Assembly (NCBI RefSeq): GCF_006345805.1
Contig: NC_043020.1
Coordinates: 9,424,001-9,488,000 of the forward strand
Direction: 5' to 3'
Origin: Octopus sinensis
Taxonomy: Eukaryota
Length of the DNA: 64,000 bases
Position numbers and translations under genes: made by a program. Positions within the stretch are counted from its first letter, which is position 1. The number at the start of each line of letters is the position of its first letter. Shown one piece after another: positions 1-11,636 of the stretch. The notes below the pieces were generated by a model. It was not told where the DNA came from. It was given only the letters and a program-made list of their open reading frames with translations, and ran no database searches.

Positions 1-1097
1 AGACGAAAGATCGCCAACACTTTTAAACTTCGTATACTGGTAGAATGTGTTTATAAAACATCTTTTTCTCTTGGCTTTATTGAGAAAATTCTACAGTTTG
101 TAAGATATTTGTTGTTTTTCTTCAATTTCTGCAATTTCAACCAATCAATGACGTCTATTGAGGTAAAAAAAAAAAACATTCTGTGCCGTATGAATATGTC
201 CCTCGTTTAAGAAACAGATTGGGTTTATTTACATTTCTGAAGGAAAAAGATACCCTTCACCCTTACCCTAACTATCCCTTACTAACCCTAACCCTAAAAC
301 ATTGAAATGCAATAGATTGATACTAGGGTCATAATTATGGGTGACAATTTCATTTAAAAATAATTTCCACGTAACTAAACACTTTTAAACTTCGTATACT
401 GGTAGAATGTGTTTATAAAACATTTTTTTCTCTTGGCTTTATTGAGAAAATTCTATCATTTGTAAGATATTTGTTGTTGTTTTTCTTCAATTTCTGCAAT
501 TTCAACCAATCAATGACGTCTATTGAGGTAAAAAAAAACATTCTGTGCCGTATGAATATGTCCTTCGTTTAAGAAACAGAGGATCTTTTCGGTTTGAACG
601 GCAGTTTTTTAAAAATAATTTCCACGTAACTAAACACTTTTAAACTTCGTATACTGCTAGAATGTGTTTATAAAACATTTTTTTACTCTTGGCTTTATTG
701 AGAAAATTCTATAGTTTGTAAGATATTTGTTGTTGTTTTTCTTCAATTTCTGCAATTTCAACCAATCAATGACGTCTATTGAGGTAAAAAAAATAATTTC
801 CACGTAACTAAACACTTTTAAACTTCATATACTGGTAGAATGTGTTTATAAAACATCTTTTTCTCTTGGCTTTATTGAGAAAATTCTATAGTTTGTAAGA
901 TATTTGTTGTTGTTTTTCTTCAATTTCTGCAATTTCAACCAATCAATGACGTCTATTGAGGTAAAAAAAAACAAAACATTCTGTGCCGTATGAATATATG
1001 TCCCTCGTTTAAGAAACAGATTGGGTAAATTTACATTTCTAAAGAAAAAAGATATCCTTCACCCTTACCCTAACTATCCCTTACTAACCCTAACCCT
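1..1097 (+). repeat. Concatemer of nested and tandem fragments of the ~420-bp 8-bp-TSD MITE family (intact copy at 12500-12921)
   Basis: The block AATAATTTCCACGTAACTAAACACTTTTAAACTTCGTATACTGGTAG...CCAATCAATGACGTCTATTGAGG recurs near 20, 358, 612 and 790. A TIR GGATCTTTTCGGTTTGAACGGCAG restarts at 581. CCCTAA repeats occur at about 265-297 and 1065-1097. Confidence 0.85.
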
Positions 1098-1112
1098 AAT
1101 ATATAAAATTAT

Positions 1113-1412
1113 ATTATACAGCCCTTCAACACTTGGACTACGACCATTGCCATGCTCCCTCTCAAATACTAGCCAACTCCATATAGCACTAGCAAAACTA
1201 GAGCAGGGTGGGAGCACCACTTTTGAGGTTTGCTGTAGGCAATATATATTTTTAGGTGTGTATGCATAAAATTATATTATATTGCCGTTCAACACTTGGC
1301 ATACAACCTCTACCCTGTTCCCTCTCATATACTAGCCAACCCCATATAGCACTAGTGTCGTGAAATGGGTGGTGGGCACCACTACTGGGTCTGTTGCAGG
1401 CAATATATTTTA
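1113..1412. repeat. Diverged direct repeat, two units of about 140 bp
   Basis: Units at about 1113-1250 and 1275-1412 share TTCAACACTTGG, CCCTCTCA.ATACTAGCCAAC.CCATATAGCACTAG and GGCAATATAT. Confidence 0.7.
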
Positions 1413-1438
1413 TGTGGGGGCCCAGGAATGGCAAACTG

Positions 1439-1854
1439 GGATCTTTTCGGTTTGAACGGCAGTTTTTACTAGCAGTGTCATATGAAATTGTCACCCGTAA
1501 TTATGACCCTAGTATCGATCTATTGCATTTCAATCTGTTTTAGGGTTAGGGGTGGGGGGGACGGGTTTCTTTTTTTCTTCAGAAATGTTAATAAACCCAA
1601 TCTGTTTCTTAAACGAGGGACATATATACATACGGCACAGAATGTTTTCACCTCAATAGACGTCCATTGATTGGTTGAAATTGCAGAAATTGAAGAAAAA
1701 ACAACAACAAATATCTTACAAACTATAGAATTTTCTCAATAGAGCCAAAAGAAAAAGATGTTATATAAACACATTCTACCAGTATACGAAGTTTAAAAGT
1801 GTTTAGTTACGTGGAAATTATTTTTAAAAACTGTTGTTCAAACCGGCAAGATCC
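1439..1854 (-). mobile_element. Non-autonomous TIR DNA transposon (MITE) with 8-bp TSD and internal TTAGGG repeats
   Basis: TIRs GGATCTTTTCGGTTTGAACGGCAG...; flanking direct repeat GCAAACTG at 1431-1438 and 1855-1862. Confidence 0.9.
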
Positions 1855-2272
1855 GCAAACTGAAAGACGGCACACGTTCTAACTCCGTTAGTGTCATATA
1901 GTTAAGGAGGCTTTTCATTTCTTTGCAAGTTACTCTGCAACCATGCAAGTGCTGGTGGCATAATAAAGTACCCAGTATAATTCCTCAAAGTGGTTGGCAT
2001 CCAGCCATTGAAACCAAGCCAAAGTCAACATTGGACCTTAATGCAGCCTTACAACTGACTGGAGATGTTCAAAGGGTCCAACCCCTAACAGCATGGAAAA
2101 TGGACATTAAATGTTAATGATGATGAGGTCTTTAGTAGAATTCTTTAAAATTTCATTTCTTTTCTGTAACTTATACCAAGGTACATGTTGATAAATTAAG
2201 TACCAGTTACATACTGGGGTCGATCTAATCAACTGGCCCCCTCCCCCAAAATTTCAGGCCTTATGCCTAGAG

Positions 2273-2575
2273 TCATCATCATTTAGCGTCCACTTTCCAT
2301 GCTAGCATGGGTTGGACGGTTCAACTGGGGTCTGGGAAGCCAGAAGGCTGCACCAGGCCCAGTCTGATCTGGCAGTGTTTCTACAGCTGGATGCCCTTCC
2401 TAATGCCAACCACTCCGTGAGTGTAGTAGGTGCTTTTTACATGCCAGACCGGGCTGGCAAACGGCCATGGTCGGATGGTGCTTTTTACGTGCCTCCAGCA
2501 CGGGGGCCAGGCGAGGCTGGCAACGGCCACGATTGGATGGTGCTTTTTATGGAGGCCCATCGGGACGGCACTGGT
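2273..2575 (-). mobile_element. SINE-like element, family S4 (GGCACGTAAAAAGCACC internal repeats, (GAT)n tail)
   Basis: Reverse complement of the tail ...GGACGCTAAATGATGATGA; matches many other copies in the window. Confidence 0.8.
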
Positions 2576-2751
2576 ATCACAGCTATCTTTACAATAATTT
2601 GTATTGTCAGGAAATGGGAAGAAAATAAAGAAAAGGAAAGACAATGTGGCATGTCTAAGTCCATCATTGCTGGTGTCTTTTGTTGAAGTTTTTCTTGAAG
2701 CATGCTAAAGTAACCTAAAAGAACATACTGATAAATAAAAACCAATAATTT

Positions 2752-3345
2752 TTTAAGTAGGTATGGCTGTGATGTAAGAAGCTTGCGTCCCAACCGCATG
2801 ATTCTTAGTTCAGTCCCACTGCATGGCACTTTGGGCAAATGTCTTCTACTCTGGCCTTGGGCCAACCGGAGCTCTTTTGATCGGATTTGGTAGACAGAAA
2901 ACTGAAAGAAGCCCATTGTATATACATATAAATATGTATACATTTATGTGTGTGTCTTTATGTTGGTCCCACCCACCATCACTTGACGACTAGCATGGTC
3001 CCTGTAATTTAGCAGTTCAGCAAAAGACACCAATAGAATAAGTACCTATTTCTTTACTACCTACAAGGGGCTAAACGCAGAGGAGACAAACGGATTAAGT
3101 CGATTATATCGACCCCAGTGCGTAACTGGTACTTAATTTATCGACCCCGAAAGGATGAAAGGCAAAGTCGACCTCGGCAGAATTTGAACTCAGAATGCAG
3201 CAGCGGACAAAATACCACAAAGCATTTGCCCAGCGTGCTGACATTTCTGCCAGCTCGCCACCTTAGAATAAGTACCAGGCTTGCAAAGAATAAGTCCTAG
3301 GGTCAATTTCCTTGACTAAAAGGCAGTGCTTCAACATGACTGCAG
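2752..3345 (+). mobile_element. tRNA-derived SINE (family S1) with a nested antisense SINE (family S2) at 3047-3263
   Basis: A- and B-box-like head (TGGCTGTGATG...GTTCAGTCCC). The nested element is flanked by the 13-bp TSD TAGAATAAGTACC (3034-3046 and 3264-3276). Confidence 0.85.
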
Positions 3346-3363
3346 TCAAATGACTGAAACTAA

Positions 3364-3658
3364 TCTTTATATATAAAAGTGAAGTTGTGTGAGTGTCTGT
3401 CTCCTATGATTTAACTACTCCCACATTTTGCGGTGCAGTTTAACCAAAAGCGGGTATCTTATAGTCGTGATTCATATCGATCCCTTCTGGGTATTAGCGC
3501 GTGTCTTCGATGAGTCTACGATTTAAAAAAAAAATTACCATAATTTTATCCCATTTTTAATGCATTTTTTTGCTATTATATAAGGGAAGTAACTATCTAA
3601 AAATGCTTATATAGTTATTTCCCTTACAAACCCGAGCAACGCCGGACGATACTGCTAG
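3364..3658 (+). mobile_element. Non-autonomous Helitron
   Basis: 5' A|TCTTTATATATAAAA, subterminal hairpin CCCGAGCAACGCCGG, 3' CTAG|T, no TSD. Confidence 0.85.
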
Positions 3659-3867
3659 TAAAATAATAAAAAAGATATGGGATATTATATTCTGGATGTA
3701 CGCAACTTGGAAAATCAATTAGGTGTCAACAGCTTGAATACCTTTCATCACAGACCCACCCAACCAGAGCAGAGACTTGGGCAAGACAACTGTCACTACA
3801 GTTTTGTGCTTTGGTGCTCTTATGGTCATAATAGAAACTACTGTTATCTGATTATTTATATTTTCTA

Positions 3868-4035
3868 GGTGCAGGAGTGGCTGTGTGGTAAGTAGCTTGT
3901 TTACCAACCACATGGTTCCGGGTTCAGTCCCACTGCGTGGCACCTTGGACAAGTGTCTTCTATTATAGCCTTGCGGCGACCAAAGCCTTGTGAGTGGATT
4001 TGGTAGACAGAAACTGAAAGATGCCCGTCGTATAT
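3868..4035 (+). mobile_element. SINE family S1, 5' part
   Basis: Head GGTGCAGGAGTGGCTGTGTGGTAAGTAGCTTG...GGTTCAGTCCCACTGCGTGG, truncated at the (TA)n tract. Confidence 0.8.
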
Positions 4036-4741
4036 ATGTATATATAAAAAGGTTGCAACACGCAACAAAAGTGAGTGTATTAAATAATAAGGCACTAAAA
4101 GAGAATGACTCTCCCCAGACACAACAGAATATGCTTCAACACACGAACTCATATAAAGAATCTTGCAAACCAAATCTCAAAACGAAGAGGGAATAGTTTG
4201 TCATTTATGCTTTTGTCAATCCATTCTGCTACAATGTATTTAAATACCAGGGGGTGAGGTTTCACATTTTCCAGTTAAGACCTCAGTCAACAGTTATGAT
4301 TTTTAATCACCCAAAATTGCATTATTTTCATAAATGGAATTTATCTTCGACTGTATAATGTTGGAAGAAAAAACAAAAGGCTTATCAATTTTGATTTGAA
4401 TTTTTTTCAATTTTAAGTTAAGTTAATTTTTTGGATCAAAAAGCAAAAAGCAAGGCCATGTAGGGGCACATGGAGTTATGTACAGGGAGGGTGTTCATGC
4501 AAAGAGTTCAGGCCGTTTCTGGTCAAGAGAGACTTTGAACCGAGCGGTCGTCGGCATCTTCACTAAGTTACAAATGGATTTGATCTTACTATTCTCTCAA
4601 TCAGAGTTAACCTGAGGCTATGTGTGTTTCTTCTATTAATGTTAAAAGTATAATTCTAAACTATGCGCAAAACTCAGGATGAAACAGACTATAAGATAGG
4701 AGATAACCAAAATATGTTATGTAAAGTTTTATCAAATTTAA

Positions 4742-4952
4742 CCCTTTAGTATTTAAACTGGCCAAAAGTATTCTGCCTGTTTTATGTTCAAACTGGCCAG
4801 ATCTGGTCTCTCACACCAGCCCTACAATATCGTTTTAAAAATTAACAGCTACCTCATCAAAATCTCATAGCTACAAGATAATGCATGATTAGTTCAAAAC
4901 AATGTGGATGAAAAAGCATTAATTTTGGCAGAATAATGTGAACACTAAAGGG
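4742..4952. mobile_element. piggyBac-like MITE
   Basis: TTAA|CCCTTTAGT ... ACTAAAGGG|TTAA; same family as 7229-7447 and 7674-7892. Confidence 0.85.
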
Positions 4953-5135
4953 TTAATGATATGGGCAAATAAAAAGGAACAACAATTTAACCCTTCTAAA
5001 ACACAATTCATTTTCACAACACCAAAGCAATAAACAAGCAATACAATATAAATAATCATTTATTATTACTCCCACAAAAGAGAAAAAAAAAGAGAAAAGG
5101 ATCCATTCTATGTCTTAGATGAGTCAGGGGAAAAT

Positions 5136-6070
5136 AGTCCAGGTAAACAACATCCACCCAAGAGCCGCCATCAGTGATTCGGATAATGTCCTCAAGAAAC
5201 TCAATGAGTTGATTACAGCAGCTGGAGTTAGGAATAAATCCAAATTGTGACGGCTGGATGAGGCTGTGAGACTTCCGGAAGTTCCAGAGGGTTTCTCTGA
5301 CACAGGATTCCATCAGTTTGGCGATTGCTAGTAAGACAAACAGGGCGATAATTGACAGGCGATGTGCGGTCACCTTTTTTGAACAGAGGGATAACACTGG
5401 CAGTTTTCCACTGCCCTGGAGTAACACCATTGTCAAGACAGAATTGGAAGAATAGAGAAAATTGGTTTAGAAGAAAGTGCCCACCACGTTTGAGAAGTAG
5501 GTATGTAACACCATCAAGACCAGGAAAGGCATAGTTACCTTTATTCTTAAAGTGGCATTGTAGCATTGCTGGTGTAAATTGCATAGTAGATATAGAGTCC
5601 GGTGTCAGAGGTGATGGAGATGGAACATTTTGATCCTCGACAGTAAAGATGCCTGCATAGCATCCAGCAATGATTTCTGCACATTCTTTGGGATTGTCAG
5701 TAATCTGCCCTGTGTGGGGATTGCGAAGGGGACCAACTGGAGAGTGAGGTCTCTGCTTTGAATGTACATACTTCCAGAACACTTTGCTGTCAGGGTTGGT
5801 TGCTATGCGCTGTTCGAATTCAAGCACTGCCTTTTTGGTCACCTGCTTGAGATGGTTGGATGATCTGTTGTGCTTTTTCCTGTTGATCTCTGATTTGTGC
5901 ATTTTGTGTTCTTGTTCAGCATTACAGCGTTCTTTCCTAGCAAGTCAAACTGCTGCAGTCTCAACGGCACACATTCTCTTCAGATGACCCCATACACTTG
6001 CTGGCTTCCGGTATGCGGAGTTTTTGACTGGTGGCGCTTGCATGTTGTGCAAGTTGTTAGCAAGACATCC
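5136..6070 (-). mobile_element. CR1/L2-clade LINE ORF2 internal fragment (pre-RT and early RT), frameshifted
   Basis: ORFs 5228-5902 and 5056-5436 carry PGLDG, WKTASVIPLFKKGDR.SPVNYRPVCLTS, QFGF.P..SC..QL and WVDVVYLD. There is a frameshift near 5330 and the match breaks right after YLD. Confidence 0.9.
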
Positions 6071-6077
6071 ACGGATG

Positions 6078-6899
6078 TCAGTAATACGGTTTCTCTCCTC
6101 TGTGCTTACGTTTGTGAATAGTTAACCCGCTTCTGTCGGCGAAACATTTACTACAGGAATTGCATGGATAGGGTTTCTCCCCCGTATGCATGCGTCTCTT
6201 GTGTAACGTCACTTGGCTCGAATCAGAAAATGACTTTCCACAGATATCACACTGATATGGTTTCTCTCCCGTATGAGTACGTCTGTGAGAATTTAAATGA
6301 ACCTTTTGAAAGAATGACTTTCCACAGATATCACAGTGATACGATTTCTCTCCTGTATGAATGTATTTGTGTTTAGTCAAATTACCTCTGTCGGAGAACG
6401 ATTCATAACAAATATTACACTGATATGGCTTCTCTCCTGTGTGACTACGAATGTGTCGAGTTAGGCCGTAAGCATGAGAGAATGATTTTCCACAGATATT
6501 ACAGTGATGTGGTTTTTCACCTGTATGGGTACGCGTGTGCTCAGCTAAGTGACTTCTTAGGGAGAAAGATTTCCCACAGATATTACAGCTGTGAGGTTTT
6601 TTACCAGTGTGGAGATGCTTGTGAGTAACTAATGTACGTATCCGAGCGAATGATTTACCGCAGATATCACAGTTGTGTGGTCTCTCTCCCGTATGTATAT
6701 GTCTATGTTCAGTTAGATAAAGCTTTACAGTGAATGATTTCCCGCAGATATCACAATGATATCGTTTCTCTGCTTTCTGTTTTTTGTCAATACATTTATG
6801 AGTAGCAAGCTTACTTTGCAGAGTGAATGACTTCTTACAGGTATCACAGTGGTATGATGGTTCTCCAGTGGTTTTTGGCAATTCTTCAGGGAAATTCAT
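6078..6899 (-). CDS. C2H2 zinc-finger protein, paralogue A (273 aa, 9 fingers, C-terminally truncated; possibly a pseudogene)
   Basis: CxxC-x12-HxxxH repeats with TGEKP linkers and a first finger of C2HC type. Collinear with fingers 1-7 of paralogue B. Stops at the start of finger 10 (TATTACTGACATCCGTGGA) next to LINE sequence. Confidence 0.85.
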   Translation of the reverse strand: MNFPEELPKTTGEPSYHCDTCKKSFTLQSKLATHKCIDKKQKAEKRYHCDICGKSFTVKLYLTEHRHIHTGERPHNCDICGKSFARIRTLVTHKHLHTGKKPHSCNICGKSFSLRSHLAEHTRTHTGEKPHHCNICGKSFSHAYGLTRHIRSHTGEKPYQCNICYESFSDRGNLTKHKYIHTGEKSYHCDICGKSFFQKVHLNSHRRTHTGEKPYQCDICGKSFSDSSQVTLHKRRMHTGEKPYPCNSCSKCFADRSGLTIHKRKHRGEKPYY

Positions 6900-6929
6900 T
6901 CTTCTATATTTTAAGTTCTCAGGGCAATT

Positions 6930-7170
6930 ATCATCATCATCATCATCATCGTTTAACGTCCGCTTTCCATGCTAGCATGGGTTGGACGGTTCAACTGGGG
7001 TCTGGGAAGCCCAAAGGCTGCACCAGGCCAGTCAGATCTGGCGGTGTTTCTACAGCTTGATGCCCTTCCTAACGCCAACCACTCCGTGAGTGTAGTGGGT
7101 GCTTTTTATGTGCCACCGACACAGGTGCCAGACGAGGTTGGCGAATGGCCACGCTCGGATGGTGCCAAGT
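6930..7170 (-). mobile_element. SINE-like S4 element inserted about 30 bp upstream of the ZNF-A ATG
   Basis: (CAT)n tail followed by GTTTAACGTCCGCTTTCCATGCTAGCATGGG. Confidence 0.8.
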
Positions 7171-7228
7171 CAGAAATTGTCTGGTGCACCGTAAATTTTC
7201 TTATATTTTTCTCTTATTACAGCATTAA

Positions 7229-7447
7229 CCCTTTAGTATTTAAACCGGCCATATCCGGCCAAAATATTTAATCAGTTTTATGTTCAAACTGACCAGATCC
7301 AGGCCCTCACACCTACCCTACAATGCTATTATACATTAAGTAATTACACCATCAAGATCTTGAAGATATGAGATAATGTATGATTAATTCAAATCAATGT
7401 GAATCAATAAGCATTACGTTTGATAGAATAATCTGAACACTAAAGGG
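7229..7447. mobile_element. piggyBac-like MITE
   Basis: TTAA TSD at 7225-7228 and 7448-7451; CCCTTTAG...CTAAAGGG termini. Confidence 0.85.
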
Positions 7448-7673
7448 TTAATCCAAACCTGTCAGCAGCAATATTTCCATCAACGTTTATCTCTGTTGGC
7501 AGCAGAGAAGGACTGCAATGTTCTTTGGTAATTTTTGAAAATTTAACTGGAACATGAAAATACTTCGCACATGAGTCTTGATGTTGGGTGAGAAGGGTGG
7601 GGCAAACCTAACGGCGTTCCTGCAGTGCTTCCTCTTCCGGGTGCTAGGGCATGGTAAGAGATGCGGTCCTTAA

Positions 7674-7892
7674 CCCTTTAGTATTTAAACCGGCCATATC
7701 CGGCCAAAATATTTAATCTGTTTTATGTTCAAACTGACCAGATCCAGGCTCTCACACCTACCCTACAATGTTATTCTACATGAAGTAATTACACCATCAA
7801 GATCTTGAAGATTTGAGATAATGCATGATTAATTCAAATCAATGGGAATCAATAGGCATTATGTTTGATAGAATAATCTGAACACTAAAGGG
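7674..7892. mobile_element. piggyBac-like MITE, near-identical to 7229-7447
   Basis: TTAA TSD at 7670-7673 and 7893-7896; CCCTTTAG...CTAAAGGG termini. Confidence 0.85.
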
Positions 7893-8335
7893 TTAAACCC
7901 ACTCAGTGCCAGTGCCTCGTTGTAGTAGGGGGCAGTAGCATCAAAAATAACTTGGCCAGAGGATAGATTCAAGATCCTCTAGCTTACACCCATCACTAGG
8001 CAATGAAGTAAAGAAATGTCACTCTCACAAGAAATATTCCTCATACTGAAAACAGTATGACATTTTACTATAATCTTTAAAAGATGGTAAATGGTAACGA
8101 TCTATGATGTTGATGCCATCGCGGATTCTGAAATGATAGAGAAATAGTGTAAGAAATTGAAGACCAAAAAAAAAAAAAATGAAATGAAAAAAAAGAAGAA
8201 ACTCAACAGAGAAAGTTTCCTACAATTCTGTATTGATAAACTATAAACTTTTACCTGAACAACTCAACTTAACATCTTATGTTATTAAAATTACATCAAA
8301 CAAAATTGTATTATGTCTGGGGAGAGTCATATCCC

Positions 8336-8597
8336 CCGGCAGGGATGGTGGTGATCCCTGCTGTACTCTTTCACCACAACTTTCTCTCACTCTTACTTCC
8401 TGTTTCTGTTGTACCTGTATTTCAAAGGGCCAGCCTTCTCACTCTCTGTGTCACGCTGAATATCCCCGAGAACTACGTTAAGGGTACACGTGTCTGTGGA
8501 ATGCTCAGCCACTTGCACGTTAACTCCACGAGCAAGCTGTTCCGTTGATCGTATCAGCTAGGACCCTCATCGTCGTAACCGACGGAGTGCTTCCACA
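8336..8597 (+). mobile_element. SINE family S3, 5'-truncated
   Basis: GGCAGGGATGGTGGTGATCCCTGCTG...CGTAACCGACGGAGTGCTTCC; full-length relatives at 13052 and 13735. Confidence 0.85.
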
Positions 8598-8844
8598 CAT
8601 TATTTAACACACTCACCAGTAAAATTTCCAATTTTTTCTTATTTTTATTTTCCTAAAATTTCCGTTGCATCTTGCAACCTTTTCAATAGTCTTGACTCTG
8701 TTCGTTATTTACACTGCGTTCCCTTTTTATTTGTTTGTGCGCATGTGTGTGGGTCAGTGTGTGTAGCTATACCATGCAAATTGTGTTAAGTTTACATATT
8801 TACAAACAACAAGTTCTCCTTTAGATTGTGGAACATTACATATG

Positions 8845-9135
8845 GTGGAAGCACTCCGTCGGTTACGACAACGAGGGTTCCGGTTGATCCGAATCAACGG
8901 AACAGCCTGCTCATGAAATTAACGTGCAAGTGGCTGAGCACTCCACAGACACGTGCATCCTTAACGTAGTTCTCGGGGATATTCAGCGTGACACAGAGAG
9001 TGACAAGGCCGGCCCTTTGAAATACAGGTACAACAGAAACAGGAAGTAAGAGTGAGAGAAAGTTGTGGTGAAAGAGTACAGCAGGGATCACCACCATCCC
9101 TGCCGGAGCCTCGTGGAGCTTTTAGGTGTTTTCGC
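8845..9135 (-). mobile_element. SINE family S3, inverted relative to 8336-8597
   Basis: GGAAGCACTCCGTCGGTTACG...GATCACCACCATCCCTGCC is the reverse complement of the S3 body. Confidence 0.85.
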
Positions 9136-10026
9136 TCAAACATTACATATATTACAATAAACAACAGTGATTATACATTATATCTCGTCCAGTGTCTTTG
9201 GTCATTGTATCATCTGGATTTCTTCAGGTGTCTCTCATTTTCAGGTATGTTCTCAGAATTTGGAACTGAACTCGGTATTAAAATTGCAGGGCTAATCCTT
9301 ACATGTATATATATATATGTGTGTGTTTGTTTGTCTGTGTTTATCCCCCTAGCATTGCTTGACAACCGATGCTGGTGTGTTTATGTCCCCGTTACTTAGC
9401 GGTTCGGCAAAAAAGACCGATAAAATAAGTACTGGACTTACAAAAGAATAAGTCCCGGGGTCGATTTGCTCGATTAAAGGCGCTGCTTCAGCATGGCCGC
9501 TGTCAAATGACTGAAACAAGTAAAAGATAGTAAAAGAGTAAAAGTACATATTCTACCAGTATACGAAGTTTAAAAGTGTTTAGTTAACTAGAAATTGTGT
9601 TGACATGTGCCGTTCAAACGGAAAAGATTCCACTGCACACTTAAAAACGTTGGGAACTATTTTTCCAACACCACAACCAACAAAAAAAAAAGAAGAAAAA
9701 AAAAACGGGCGTAACTTCGGTATAAGTACCGGATACATTTCAAGAAAGTGGGGTTTTTTTATATATATGGGGGGTTACGGTTTGTGCTAGGGTTAGGGTG
9801 GGAGAAAAGGGTTTCTGTTATCTTCAGAAATGTAAACAAAGCCACTTCCGATACGTACGGGTACTTATACCGAAGGATCGCCAAAAAAAAAACGAATTTA
9901 AAAACAACAGCGAACCTACACATTTGATCCCTATAAGCGAATCCCTTGTGCAAGCCAGAAACTGCAGAACTGCTTTTCTCGGACTACAAGAGACTGTCAT
10001 AAAAGAAGGAACCTTTATTAACTTAC

Positions 10027-10250
10027 CGTTTTCAGGTGTAAACAGTGAATCAGGGCGTTATACGTTTTCACCTGACTACAAAAGCAAACGTCTGGTTGTT
10101 AGAATGGGGTTTACCAATATTTTATCGACATTATTCTGCGCCAACATCGAAATATCTCCACATCTTCATCAATAAAATCCTCACTAATCGCAATGAACGA
10201 ATGAAGCTAACTTTATGTCTCCAACCGCAGTTTCGATGCCAAATATTCTT
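10027..10250 (-). promoter_or_regulatory. Predicted non-coding leader exon / TSS-proximal region of ZNF-A (5' limit uncertain)
   Basis: Homologous to 22001-22205 and 30359-30505; includes the 34-nt block TGAAGCTAACTTTATGTCTCCAACCGCAGTTTCG (10202-10235). Confidence 0.6.
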
Positions 10251-10253
10251 TTC

Positions 10254-10720
10254 TGGCGGCGAGCTGGCAGAAACGTTAGCACACCGGGCGAAATGCGTAG
10301 CCGTATTTCGTCTGCCGTTACGTCCTGAGTTCAAATTCCGCCGAGGTCGACTTTGCCTTTCATCCTTTCGGGGTCGATAAATTAAAGTATCAGTTACGCA
10401 CTGGGGTCGATAAATTAAAGTACCAGTTACGCACTGGGGTCGATGTAATCGACTTAATACCTATGTCTGTCCTTGTTTGTCCCCTCTGTGTTTAGCCCCT
10501 TGTGGGTAATAAAGAAATAGGTATTTCGTCTGCCGTTACGTTGTGAGTTCAAATTCCGCCGAGGTCGACTTTGCCTTTCATCCTTTCGGGGTCGATAAAT
10601 TAAGTACCAGTTACGTACTAGCGTCGATGTAAACCAATTAATCCGTTTGTCTGCCCTTGTTTCTTGTTAGTCCCCTCTATGTTTAGCCCCTTGTGGGCAG
10701 TAAAGAAATATATTCTTTTC
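10254..10720 (+). mobile_element. SINE family S2 with tandemly repeated body
   Basis: Head GGCGGCGAGCTGGCAGAAACGTTAGC; the body TATTTCGTCTGCCG...GTAATAAAGAAATAGG occurs twice. Confidence 0.85.
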
Positions 10721-10766
10721 TACTCTAGGCGCAAGGCCCGAAATTTTGGTAGAGGGGGGCTAGTCG

Positions 10767-11197
10767 GGATTTTTTCAGTTTGAACGGCAGTTTTTTCTAG
10801 CGGTGTCATATGAAATTGTCACCTATAATTATGACCCTAGTATCAATCTATTGCATTTCAATCTGTTTTAGGGTTAGGGTTAGGTTTAGGGGTGGGGGGA
10901 AGGGTATCTTTTTTTCTTCACAAATGTAAATAAACCCAATCTGTTTCTTAAACGAGGGACATATTCATACGGCACAGAATGTTTTTTTTTTTTAACCTCA
11001 ATAGACGTCATTGATTAGTTGAAATTGCAGAAATTGAAGAAAAACAACAACAAATATCTTACAAACTCTAGAATTTTCTTAATAAAGCCAAGAGAAAAAG
11101 ATGTTTTATAAACACATTCTACCAGTATACGAAGTTCAAAATTTTTTTAGTTACCTGGAAATTATGTTAAAAGCTGCCGTTCAAACCGAAAAGATCC
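10767..11197 (-). mobile_element. 8-bp-TSD MITE with TTAGGG repeats
   Basis: TIRs as in 1439-1854; TSD GCTAGTCG at 10759-10766 and 11198-11205. Confidence 0.9.
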
Positions 11198-11636
11198 GCT
11201 AGTCGATTAGTCTACCACAGTACACAACTGGTACTTAATTTATCGACCCCCCGAAAGGATGAAAAGCAATCATATGCATTTCTTTATTACCCACAAGGGG
11301 CTAAACATAGAGGGGACAAACAAGGACAGACAATGGTATTAAGTCGATTACATTGACCCCAGTGCGAAACTGGTACTTTATTTTATCGCCCCCGAAAGGA
11401 TGAAAAGCAATGTCGACCTCGGCGGAATTTGAACTCAGAATATAGAGACAGACGAATCTGGGACTCTGAAGGACGACTTGTGGTTGCCGAAGCATCATTT
11501 GAAAGATGTACTGGCTGATCCAGCGTATTTACAAACTTAGGAGGTGGCTATATTTGCACTCCTGGTATATCTCTGATGATGCTGTGGGTAACACCGTTAC
11601 TGATGTTATCATGGCACAAGGAACCGTCAGGTTTAT

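Larger units (their letters stand above)
8128..10026 (-). other. Predicted 5'-UTR intron of ZNF-A
   Basis: Minus-strand donor AACG|GTAAGT (10026) and acceptor CTATTTCTCTATCATTTCAG| (8128); both lie in sequence conserved with paralogues B and C. Confidence 0.65.

Noticed and set aside
1-1097. CRISPR-like or satellite reading of the repeated ~215-bp blocks
   Set aside because: There are no unique spacers or cas genes, the context is eukaryotic, and the blocks are fragments of a MITE.
9798-10175. 125-aa plus-strand ORF
   Set aside because: It starts in a decayed MITE, runs antisense across the predicted ZNF-A donor, and is not conserved at the B or C equivalents.
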